The position numbers were made by a program, and so were the translations under genes. From the IMG/VR virus record IMGVR_UViG_3300030503_000315, positions 124,001-188,000 of that record: 64,000 nucleotides of DNA; one strand, given 5' to 3'. Positions 40,162 through 48,277 of this stretch are shown here, one piece after another. A model generated the notes under the pieces. That model was given only the letters and a program-made list of their open reading frames with translations, was not told the origin of the DNA and did not search any database. Within the stretch, counting starts at the first letter, position 1, and every line of letters starts with the position of its first letter.

Positions 40162-40575
40162 ATGAGCCTTAGCCTTCATTCTCAAACAATCAACATGAAG
40201 CGAACCGAGTTGATCCGTATTCTTGAGACCAACCTGGAGAAACACGTAGAAGAGTATAAGGAGGCGGTCATCAATTACCGTAAGGCATTGATGGTTGACC
40301 TGACGGAAGCTCTTCGCCAGGCTCAAGATGAGTCGTTCAATCTTAAAAAGATAAAGGTGGATTTTGTTCACCCGCAGTCACATGAATCGGATTACACTCG
40401 TGTTCTGAAGATGATGCGCCTTTCGATTGACGACACTATCGAAATAGATAATCAAGCATACGACGCATACATCGAAGATGAATGGCAATGGAAGTCGCAA
40501 TTCCGTCTGATGAACTCAACCTACGCAACTAAGGCTGCAGTGTTTGAGTCAAGCGTAGGTGGAATGATTGAGTAA
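40162..40575 (+). CDS. Conserved helical phage hypothetical protein
   Basis: N..KH..EY.EA...Y...P.SH..DY.R...M.......I.......Y..D.W.W pattern. Confidence 0.75.
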   Translation: MSLSLHSQTINMKRTELIRILETNLEKHVEEYKEAVINYRKALMVDLTEALRQAQDESFNLKKIKVDFVHPQSHESDYTRVLKMMRLSIDDTIEIDNQAYDAYIEDEWQWKSQFRLMNSTYATKAAVFESSVGGMIE

Positions 40576-40631
40576 GTAGCAAAAACATAATTATCATTTG
40601 TGACCCTTCGTTATACCTAATAGGAAAAATC

Positions 40632-41429
40632 ATGGCAAAGCTACATGAAGTGCTGGCATCGGAAAAGACAGTTACAGCCGCACGCGATCATCTGCATGAA
40701 GACACTCAGACAAAGTTTAAGAAAGCCGATCAATACTTTACAGGTATGATTAAATCCCTTAAGATGATCGAAGACTCTCCGGAAGCGGAGGCTATTGAAC
40801 AGGCAGCGAAGCAAGAGAAGGAACTCCCGACTACTCTAGTCACCACGATGGATTATTACCTTAGCTTCTGGGCTAAGGCAGAGAACCTCCTGTTTCAAAA
40901 GAACGTGACGAACACCCAAGCAGTGACCAGTCTATTATTCCGAGGCTCACTGGTTGCTGATAATGTTCCGGTTGATGAGTTGATGGGACTAGAAGTACGC
41001 ATTGGTGAATTGCGCAAACTAATTTTGGAAATGCCAACACTTGATGCTTCTAAGAATTGGGAGTTGGATTTGACTGCGCCGCAGGCTGGCACATGGAAAG
41101 CAACAAGCAATCAGGTAACGACCAAGACGGAGAAGGATGAAGTGACCGCAATTATTGTACCGGCAAATGATAAACATCCGGCACAGGTAAAGACGACCAT
41201 CAAAGACAAGGTAGTTGGTAAGTTCACATTGCAGACTTCGTCAGGCGCGACCACTGCAATTCAGAAGGCAAACATGATTGCTGCGATGGACGATTTCCTT
41301 ATCGAAGTCAAGACGGCTCGTACCCGGGCTAACTCTGTTGAGGTTGTTCCAGTTGACCCCATTGGGAATATCATCAAGGACATCCTCATGGCGTCACTGC
41401 TAGACGCACCCTCGAACAATCAGGTGTGA
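40632..41429 (+). CDS. Conserved hypothetical protein (recalled as DUF7873-like) directly upstream of large RNA
   Basis: MAKL..V.A.EK, VPV..L..LE, P.LD....W, A.DKHPAQV, SGA, VK.AR..AN..EV motifs. Confidence 0.7.
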   Translation: MAKLHEVLASEKTVTAARDHLHEDTQTKFKKADQYFTGMIKSLKMIEDSPEAEAIEQAAKQEKELPTTLVTTMDYYLSFWAKAENLLFQKNVTNTQAVTSLLFRGSLVADNVPVDELMGLEVRIGELRKLILEMPTLDASKNWELDLTAPQAGTWKATSNQVTTKTEKDEVTAIIVPANDKHPAQVKTTIKDKVVGKFTLQTSSGATTAIQKANMIAAMDDFLIEVKTARTRANSVEVVPVDPIGNIIKDILMASLLDAPSNNQV

Positions 41430-41430
41430 C

Positions 41431-41547
41431 ATGAACTGGCCGATGGCTTTTGCAATTGTTGGAGTAGTAGCTGCAGTGATGTTTGGCTCAGCAGCAAACG
41501 ATTATGTGGATAGCCCAAAGATAGCATGTACGCCGAATAGTAAATAA
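41431..41547 (+). CDS. Small membrane peptide
   Basis: 38 aa MNWPMAFAIVGVVAAVMFG... Confidence 0.5.
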   Translation: MNWPMAFAIVGVVAAVMFGSAANDYVDSPKIACTPNSK

Positions 41548-41625
41548 GTGTTGAAGGATTGTTGAAGGATTGTTGTAGCAAAACATACAGGAACAGGAAG
41601 CGTTATCATCCTCGTTAGCATCCTC

Positions 41626-41853
41626 GCCTTACGTTGGTTCGAATCCAGCCAGGCGCGCCAAGAGTTCTGCTGTATGTATACTTCATAAGATTGACATTAT
41701 CTGATTGAAGGAGAGGGCCGACGACTTCCGACAGCTCGCCCCTCATAATCCAGAAAACCTATTATGTTTCATAGCGAGTATGGAGTATGGTAGAATTCTT
41801 GACGCGCCTGTGACCCGAGAGGATAGGGCCCAGATTTCTAATCTGGTGTAGGC
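41626..41853 (+). tRNA. Circularly permuted tRNA-Arg(TCT)-like module: 3' part 41626-41660, 5' part 41804-41853
   Basis: T-arm + CAGGCGC-G-CCA upstream; GCGCCTG + D-arm + CCAGA-TTTCTAA-TCTGG downstream; acceptor strands perfectly complementary. Confidence 0.8.
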
Positions 41854-41955
41854 AATTATCGTTCTTGTATTACCTGTATGAGTTATCATAAGCAACTGCA
41901 GTATGAATCCCGTCGAGTTGCTGGCACACCCTACTGAATAGAGTGCCTAGCTAAA

Positions 41956-42519
41956 AATCAGAAGTCACGGGTTCGAATCCCGTCTCCGCCTCACTGTGTA
42001 TTATGGTATGACAAGAAAAGAGAAACGAAACTTTATCCGAGCCAATATCCAGAAAATTGGTGAATGCTGGATCTGGCAATTGAAGACGGATAGAGATGGT
42101 TACGGTTGGTATTCCTACAAAGGAAAATTGCGCCGGGCTCATAGATCCTCGTTTCACGCTTTCAAGGGAAAGATTCCAAAAGGTCTTTCTGTCTGTCATA
42201 CCTGCGACAATCCAAGCTGTGTGAGACCAAAACATCTGTTTGCGGGTACTCACAAACAAAACATGGAAGACATGGCAAAGAAGGGAAGATCTAATAAAGG
42301 CCGCCATGTTAATACCGGAGAGGCTCACGGTTATTCCGTTCTGACTGAAGAACTAGTTCTGTACATAAGAAAGGTATGTGCGGGAGGTAAATCACAGAAC
42401 TCTGTTGAAAGAGAACTTGGTTTATCCTCTGGACTTGTTAACAAGGTGGTCAGAAGAAAGCTTTGGACGCACATTTAGTATACAGTGAGGCGGAGTATCT
42501 CAGTGGTAGAGGTCTGATT
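41956..42519 (+). tRNA. Circularly permuted Cys-like tRNA module split at the anticodon loop: 3' half 41956-41993, 5' half 42489-42519
   Basis: AA-TCAGA-AGTC-ACGGG-TTCGAAT-CCCGT-CTCCGCC-T upstream; GGCGGAG-TA-TCTC-AGTGGTA-GAGG-TCTGA-TT downstream. Confidence 0.75.
42008..42478 (+). CDS. HNH homing endonuclease
   Basis: CWIW...GYG...AHR....F...IP.GL.VCHTCDNP.CVRP.HL..GT...N..D; C-terminal HTH-like segment. Confidence 0.93.
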   Translation: MTRKEKRNFIRANIQKIGECWIWQLKTDRDGYGWYSYKGKLRRAHRSSFHAFKGKIPKGLSVCHTCDNPSCVRPKHLFAGTHKQNMEDMAKKGRSNKGRHVNTGEAHGYSVLTEELVLYIRKVCAGGKSQNSVERELGLSSGLVNKVVRRKLWTHI

Positions 42520-42664
42520 CTATTCCTTATCGTAACTAACTCGAATGTGGTGGAAAGTGTGGTTGGGATTAATATCCAAAGTTCCAGGCAGGAGTCGGAT
42601 AAGACAAATGTTCTGGAACTTCCTAAAGAGTTTTCCACGAGAGCTCTTTAGAAAGACAAACAAG

Positions 42665-42695
42665 AAGGCTACCAATTTCGGTTGGTAGCCTTTTT
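42665..42695 (+). terminator. Intrinsic terminator
   Basis: AAGGCTACCAA/TTGGTAGCCTT stem plus T tract. Confidence 0.85.
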
Positions 42696-42829
42696 CTATC
42701 TTCGCCTACAGGGTTTTGAGCAAATTTCATGGGGATTGTGTCGAGGACACGACACTGAAACCTAAGGAGCTTTCCATGGCGTTACTCACACGTCTTTGCT
42801 CAACCTTGCTCACCCTGTACAGGAAGATC

Positions 42830-44020
42830 ATGCATCGCTTTGAAACACCTAGCAACAATGCGCCCGTAGTCAAGAGGGACTATCCGCGCGTCCTTTTCGT
42901 ACTTAAGTATCGAGATGGATACAGTCCGTATTCTTACTCTGAGTCATCGGGATCGGGAGACTCCACCGGCTCTGGAGATTGGGGAGACGGCGGACCTAAA
43001 CGTCCTCTTTCATCTGGCTTGTTCAACTCTGCCCGCATGGTTGTTGAAATGCTCGAGCAGAATCGCGTGCCGGTTAAGTTGGTTCATGTTATCGACAACA
43101 ACTTCATCCACCGTGAGATCGTTGCGTTCAAACCTGACATTGTAGTCATCGAAGCCTTCTGGGTTGTTCCGGATAAGTTTGATGAGCTGCGTCGCGTTTG
43201 CCCGAATGTTACCTTCATTATCCGCAACCACTCTGAAGTCCCATTCCTGGCTCAGGAAGGCATCGCATTTGATTGGATGCTTCGCTATATCAAGAAGCCG
43301 AATGTAATCATGAGTGCCAATTCGCAGAGGATGAACAGAGAAACCCGCGAGCTCGCACTAGTTGCTAATCCGGACATGGACATCCTCGAAGTGACGAGGA
43401 AGACTCCGTACCTTCCTAACTACTATCAGATGCCGCAAGCATTGATGGGTGACGGTGGGTGCATTGATCCGGATAGTGACACTATAGATATCGGTTGCTT
43501 CGGTGCAGTTCGCCCCTTGAAGAATCAGTTGCTGCAAGCTATCGCAGCAATCGAATTCGCAAATCATTTGGGTAAGAAATTGCGTTTCCATATAAACGGC
43601 AAACGTATCGAGATGAATGGTGGACAGGTTATCAAGAATCTTGTTTCCCTGTTCTCACACTATCCACAGTATGAATTGGTTAACCACGCATGGATGCAAC
43701 ACTCGGAGTTCAAGGAGCTGATTGCCTCAATGGATATAGTGATGCAGGTGTCTTTCAGTGAGACGTTCAATATCGTTGCTGCGGATGCAATCAGCAATGG
43801 TGTTGTTACTATCACTAGTCCTGAGATTCGTTGGAGCTCGCCACAACTTCAGGCGGATCCCACGAGTTCGGAAAGTATATTCGATACACTGGTCAAGGCT
43901 TGGTTACGTAAGGTCGAAAATCCTGATTGGAATCCTAATCTCGCGGGCTTGGTTCATTACAATAGTAAGTCGGTTGAAGTGTGGCTAGACTACCTGACAA
44001 ATTTTCGAAAATCAAAGTAA
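42830..44020 (+). CDS. Glycosyltransferase (GT-B, GT4-like)
   Basis: FGAVRPLKNQ, QVSFSETFNIVAADA; start trimmed to MHRFE. Confidence 0.8.
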   Translation: MHRFETPSNNAPVVKRDYPRVLFVLKYRDGYSPYSYSESSGSGDSTGSGDWGDGGPKRPLSSGLFNSARMVVEMLEQNRVPVKLVHVIDNNFIHREIVAFKPDIVVIEAFWVVPDKFDELRRVCPNVTFIIRNHSEVPFLAQEGIAFDWMLRYIKKPNVIMSANSQRMNRETRELALVANPDMDILEVTRKTPYLPNYYQMPQALMGDGGCIDPDSDTIDIGCFGAVRPLKNQLLQAIAAIEFANHLGKKLRFHINGKRIEMNGGQVIKNLVSLFSHYPQYELVNHAWMQHSEFKELIASMDIVMQVSFSETFNIVAADAISNGVVTITSPEIRWSSPQLQADPTSSESIFDTLVKAWLRKVENPDWNPNLAGLVHYNSKSVEVWLDYLTNFRKSK

Positions 44021-44041
44021 GGCATAGTAGGGGCAACCGAG

Positions 44042-45058
44042 ATGAAAACAAATTCCAGTACTCGACTTCAGGCTTCAGAAGGTTGGTGGGACGCCTTAAC
44101 TTCCGAACAAAAGAAACTGTACATAAAACAGCACCCGAACTCCAAGTATGCGAAAGATCCTATTGGTGAGGATGAAGAAGCACCGGAAGAAAAAGCTCCT
44201 GAGGAACACGAGGAAAGTCCGACTGAAGATACCCATGAGGAATCGGAAGAGAGTCATGAAGTCGAAGAGGTAAAGGACGAGCATCGCAAATCGGTTGCGG
44301 ATACACTGCGTAAGCTGGGCCCGAAGGTCGCTAAAACCATCAAGCATAAGTTTGCTAAAATCGGTATAGCGGGCGCAGCACTCAAACGCATTGCAGCAGG
44401 ACAAGAGCTAGAAGAGGAACACAAGGAGACACTACGTGAACTAGGTTCCTTCACCCTCAAAACATTGAGCTCTCACGTAACGGGTTCTCCAGAGTTAAGC
44501 AAGGTCATTGCTCGCGTGGGTACTACCGCGGTAGAGCATGCGATTGAGAAGTTCAAAGAACATAAAGAAAAGAGCGGCAAGGATGATATCGATACCTTCG
44601 TGGATGGTGTTGCGGAAGGGCTCGAGAAAGCAGAGGTAAAGAAGGACGACAAGGAAGAGACTTCGATCAAATCGATCGGCAACCATATCAAGAAATCAAC
44701 GAACCATATCGTTGATGTTTTAAACAAGTCGTTCCAACATATAAAACCTGCAACGGAAGGTCTGAAGAACCTGGTGCAGGGTAAGCCACTGGATGATGAG
44801 CATAAGGCCGCAATGAAAGGCTTAGGAAAAATTGCCCTAGCTACATCTGTCGCTACGCTGCCTGGTGGTCTTGCGGTACATATAACAGCTAGCATAGGTG
44901 GTGCCGCACTCATTCATGCATTCAAGAAAATGAAGGCGTTCAAGTCTCAAGGGCATGAGCATGGTATCCTCCACCACTTTGTCGAGTCTATAGGTGAAGG
45001 CCTGGAAGATGCATTACTTGAGCACGCAGCAGAAGGTCCTGAACACCTGCACGAATAG
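44042..45058 (+). CDS. Hypothetical protein (possible virion protein) with internal repeat
   Basis: WWDALT.EQ...YIKQHPNSKYA motif; two similar helical segments (L..GQELEEEHK / L..GKPLDDEHK; FVDGVAEGLE / FVESIGEGLE). Confidence 0.7.
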   Translation: MKTNSSTRLQASEGWWDALTSEQKKLYIKQHPNSKYAKDPIGEDEEAPEEKAPEEHEESPTEDTHEESEESHEVEEVKDEHRKSVADTLRKLGPKVAKTIKHKFAKIGIAGAALKRIAAGQELEEEHKETLRELGSFTLKTLSSHVTGSPELSKVIARVGTTAVEHAIEKFKEHKEKSGKDDIDTFVDGVAEGLEKAEVKKDDKEETSIKSIGNHIKKSTNHIVDVLNKSFQHIKPATEGLKNLVQGKPLDDEHKAAMKGLGKIALATSVATLPGGLAVHITASIGGAALIHAFKKMKAFKSQGHEHGILHHFVESIGEGLEDALLEHAAEGPEHLHE

Positions 45059-45087
45059 TAAATACATAAAAAGGAGGGCCTACCTAC

Positions 45088-45702
45088 ATGACATTTTCTT
45101 CAGAGAAATTACCGGATACGATTTTGGTGTTGATTGATATCGACGATCCGATCACTTATGACAAAGAGTTTCAACGTCAGCTAAGGTATAGCCCTTACAT
45201 AGCTGGCGGATCAGAGATGTCACCTCGCAGTCGAAAGATGATTCGAAGCCGAAAGGAATCACCTGACGAGTTGTTCGTCCATAAGTTCATTGTCGAAGTG
45301 ATGGTTGATAAGCTGGGAGACTTTGCAGTATTCTTTCTCGCCAATCCAATGACCCAACGATCATTGATCTTCCGTAAGCTGCATTGGTCTGGTCCTGACA
45401 TCGAGGATATTCCCGATGAAGTCTTGAAAGAGATGGAAGAACATGGTGCGGACCCAGAAGAATATCTCATGGAAGAACAGGAGTTGACGCATATCTATGA
45501 GTTCACTTCAGGCGCTGCATTGATGCTTCACGACTCAGATGATCTTGATGACTACTCTGGCGATCCGGATGATGAAGATGGTGGATCAGGTCCTGTCAAG
45601 GTTGCAAGAAATAGAAATGTGGATATAGTAGAGTCCGATGAGAACAAAGAAGAGGACGAAGACGATGCATTCGTAGTCCCTACAAACAAAACGGTTCATT
45701 AA
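45088..45702 (+). CDS. Acidic hypothetical protein
   Basis: 204 aa, AGGAGG SD. Confidence 0.75.
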   Translation: MTFSSEKLPDTILVLIDIDDPITYDKEFQRQLRYSPYIAGGSEMSPRSRKMIRSRKESPDELFVHKFIVEVMVDKLGDFAVFFLANPMTQRSLIFRKLHWSGPDIEDIPDEVLKEMEEHGADPEEYLMEEQELTHIYEFTSGAALMLHDSDDLDDYSGDPDDEDGGSGPVKVARNRNVDIVESDENKEEDEDDAFVVPTNKTVH

Positions 45703-45709
45703 GTACTAT

Positions 45710-45750
45710 AGGGTACGACATAGTAAATAATGTCGTACCCTTTTCTTTCT
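45710..45750 (+). terminator. Terminator hairpin whose loop is the AGTAAATA promoter motif
   Basis: AGGGTACGACAT-AGTAAATA-ATGTCGTACCCT-TTTCTTT. Confidence 0.75.
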
Positions 45751-45758
45751 TCGGAGAC

Positions 45759-46334
45759 GTGATGCGAACCTGGTGTGCAATCGATTTAGAAACTCTAAGC
45801 CTTAAGCAATCTACATGTCCGATTCTTAGCCTTGGCGCTGTTTCCTATAGTTTTGAGGAAGGGATAACTGCAGAGTTCCATGAATTCTTTAATGTAGACG
45901 AGCAGTTCAAGTTAGGTCGTCTACCTCAGTGGAAGACCATCCAATGGTGGCTAAAGCAATCGGATGATGCACGCACGCCCATGTCTGGGGAACGGAAAGA
46001 TACGCTTACTGTGGATGAGATGACGGATGAATTCTATGAGTGGTGGGATGAGGAGGTAGGAACTCCAGCCCAACATTGGGCGGAAGATTTCGATTACAAG
46101 CTAGGAGCCCGAGCCATATCGAATGGCTCAAACTTCGACATCGCTATACTCGAATCCCTGTTCGATGAAGTGCCTTGGCATTTCAGGAATACACGTTGCT
46201 ATCGTTCAATGATTGATTGGTTCCCCGCACCAGTTCAACCACGTCAGACAATCAAACACGATGCCTTGCAAGATGCAATATACCAGGCGAAGGTCCATTT
46301 GAATTTAATGGTTTCGAATGAAAATCTGAGGTGA
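45759..46334 (+). CDS. DEDDh 3'-5' exonuclease (Rv2179c-like)
   Basis: IDLETL, NGSNFDIAIL, HDALQDA. Confidence 0.88.
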   Translation: MMRTWCAIDLETLSLKQSTCPILSLGAVSYSFEEGITAEFHEFFNVDEQFKLGRLPQWKTIQWWLKQSDDARTPMSGERKDTLTVDEMTDEFYEWWDEEVGTPAQHWAEDFDYKLGARAISNGSNFDIAILESLFDEVPWHFRNTRCYRSMIDWFPAPVQPRQTIKHDALQDAIYQAKVHLNLMVSNENLR

Positions 46335-46609
46335 TATTATGGAAGAGCTTGCTGTATCGGTCTTGGTTCTTATTCTCCTTCTTGTTCTAGGTCGTTACGT
46401 ACACTATAGACATGAGAAGTGGAAGATAGATGTCTATACCGAAGGTTGGAAGTACGCCAGCTCTTCCCTCAAGAATCACACAGAGACCTATGACTCTCTT
46501 GAAACCAATGTTAAGCTTGCCAAGGGCATTGGAATTTTCGGAGAGTATCATAGAGGGATAGAGAATTACCTGTCCATCACCCCACCATTCAAGAGGCTTC
46601 AAGACTTCG

Positions 46610-47146
46610 ATGAACAACACAATGAGTAAGATCCTATTCATGGATATCGATGGAGTACTTAACTCCAGACGATCCGAGATCGCGCACGCGGCTGGCTTCC
46701 TACCCAGCCCAAACTCTCCTTGGCAGGAACAACTTCCTCGCGCATTCCAGGATATCGATTGGATTGCCGTTGGGATGATTCATGTTCTCTGCACCAGGCT
46801 AGACGCAAAGATTGTCATAAGCTCAAGCTGGCGCGCAAACTACAAGCCGGAACAGTTGGCTAAGTACTTCAACTTACCAATGATTATCGATGCCACGGAT
46901 CAGTTGGAAAGTAATCGTGGTGGCCAGATTCAGCGATGGCTGAATGCCCATCCTGAAGTCACCCAGTATGCAATCGTGGATGACAACTCAGGGATGCTTG
47001 AATCACAGGCAGATCATTTTGTGCAGGTGGATTGGGACGAGGGTTTGACATATAAAGACTGTTCTCGTCTGCGTGATATCCTTCAGGGCATCTTTGCACC
47101 TCAACCTCGTAATCCTGCACGGTTCATTCTCTTTGACGAGATCTAA
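46610..47146 (+). CDS. HAD-family phosphatase (Swiss Army Knife RNA-repair type)
   Basis: FMDIDGVLN, IVISSSWR, RG..I..WL, YAIVDD. Confidence 0.85.
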   Translation: MNNTMSKILFMDIDGVLNSRRSEIAHAAGFLPSPNSPWQEQLPRAFQDIDWIAVGMIHVLCTRLDAKIVISSSWRANYKPEQLAKYFNLPMIIDATDQLESNRGGQIQRWLNAHPEVTQYAIVDDNSGMLESQADHFVQVDWDEGLTYKDCSRLRDILQGIFAPQPRNPARFILFDEI

Positions 47147-47148
47147 TA

Positions 47149-47502
47149 ATGAATATGAATAAAGGTTCTTGGATAGGCGTAGATTTTGACGGGACGCTTG
47201 CCTATTACGACCATTGGCGTGGTAAAGATCATCTAGGAAAACCAATCCCTTTGATGGTCGCCAGAGTAAAACGACTATTAGAAAAAGGTCTAACCGTAAA
47301 GATTTTCACTGCTCGTGCCTACATGGCAACACAAGAAGAGATTGATGCAATCAAGGCGTGGTGTCTAGAGCATATTGGCCAGGAACTTGAAGTAACGTGC
47401 ATCAAAGATATGGGCATGGTTCAACTTTACGATGACCGTGCAACTCAGGTTGTTCTCAACACCGGAAAGATTGTCTACCTAAAGAAGGACAAAGTAAAAT
47501 GA
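47149..47502 (+). CDS. HAD-family phosphatase (PNK phosphatase-like)
   Basis: GVDFDGTLA, IFTAR, LYDDRA. Confidence 0.85.
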   Translation: MNMNKGSWIGVDFDGTLAYYDHWRGKDHLGKPIPLMVARVKRLLEKGLTVKIFTARAYMATQEEIDAIKAWCLEHIGQELEVTCIKDMGMVQLYDDRATQVVLNTGKIVYLKKDKVK

Positions 47503-48245
47503 ATGACTTACATCGATCCCTGAATACCGAAGTGGAGTTCCTGCCTGACGAAGAATTCCGACCTTCAGTTGAAGCACTCAATATTTTGCTTGAGACTTTT
47601 GGTGACACCACCAGAACGGTGCTTAGACTTGCATCGTCGGGTTTCCATCGCCTTAACCCTTACCACAATATTAAACATGAGTTGCAGCATGTGTACTGGT
47701 CTCATGCATGTTTGATGAATGAACCGTACATATCTGCGGATGGTCTTACCCAGGCAGATCAATATCATCTTGCTATAGCATCTATTTTCCACGACCACAA
47801 TCATTCTGGTGGTAAGAAATCGGATGCTGAGAATATTCAAATAGCACTTCAGATCCTTCCGGTGGTGGCTAATGAACTAGCCTTTCTCGATGGCAGCATC
47901 CTCCTAAATCAGGATGTGGTAACGCGATTGATCCAGGTCACTCAATATAACAAGCGTGATGGGTTTGAAAAGGAACCCACGACGTGCCTTGAGCAATGTA
48001 TGCGCGACGCCGATCTCATGTCAATCTACACAGAGGAAGGACGGGATCTTCTCATAGGTCTTTACTCAGAGCTGGGTATGGATCTTCAAGAAATGAAGAC
48101 GAGCGAACTCAATGCAGCTCTTGACGCGAATGCGGAGTTCCTTCGTAATGCCAAAATGTATACTTTCTATGGCATCAAGATGAAGGAGTACTACCTAGAT
48201 GATTGCCTGAAATTCTTCGCAGATCAGGTTCGCGCTTCATTGTAA
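47499..48245 (+). CDS. HD-domain metal-dependent phosphohydrolase
   Basis: PYHN..H, FHDHNH, RDADL. Confidence 0.8.
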   Translation: MNDLHRSLNTEVEFLPDEEFRPSVEALNILLETFGDTTRTVLRLASSGFHRLNPYHNIKHELQHVYWSHACLMNEPYISADGLTQADQYHLAIASIFHDHNHSGGKKSDAENIQIALQILPVVANELAFLDGSILLNQDVVTRLIQVTQYNKRDGFEKEPTTCLEQCMRDADLMSIYTEEGRDLLIGLYSELGMDLQEMKTSELNAALDANAEFLRNAKMYTFYGIKMKEYYLDDCLKFFADQVRASL

Positions 48246-48277
48246 ATAAGGGTATGTAGTTCATAGAAGGATAAGCA

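Larger units (their letters stand above)
41549..42695 (+). ncRNA. Large structured RNA containing two permuted tRNA modules and a looped-out HNH ORF
   Basis: Bounded by AGTAAATA (41539) and terminator (42665-42695); many long helices with G:U pairs. Confidence 0.75.

Noticed and set aside
41549-42000. Permuted (two-piece) tmRNA
   Set aside because: No G3:U70 alanine identity, a complete D-arm and anticodon arm are present, and no tag reading frame is recognisable
42513-42522. Amber suppressor tRNA implying stop-codon recoding
   Set aside because: A CTA anticodon arises only under one hypothetical ligation, and genes in the window are intact under the standard code with TAG used as a stop
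41880-42660. Conventional group I/II intron carrying the HNH inside a tRNA
   Set aside because: tRNA halves are in reverse order, and I could not identify P7/omega-G or domain V motifs by eye; needs Infernal to exclude fully
32556-48245. 2-aminoadenine (Z-genome) pathway suggested by DUF550 and HD proteins
   Set aside because: No PurZ in the window, the genes are far apart, and the HD protein is not recognisably DatZ
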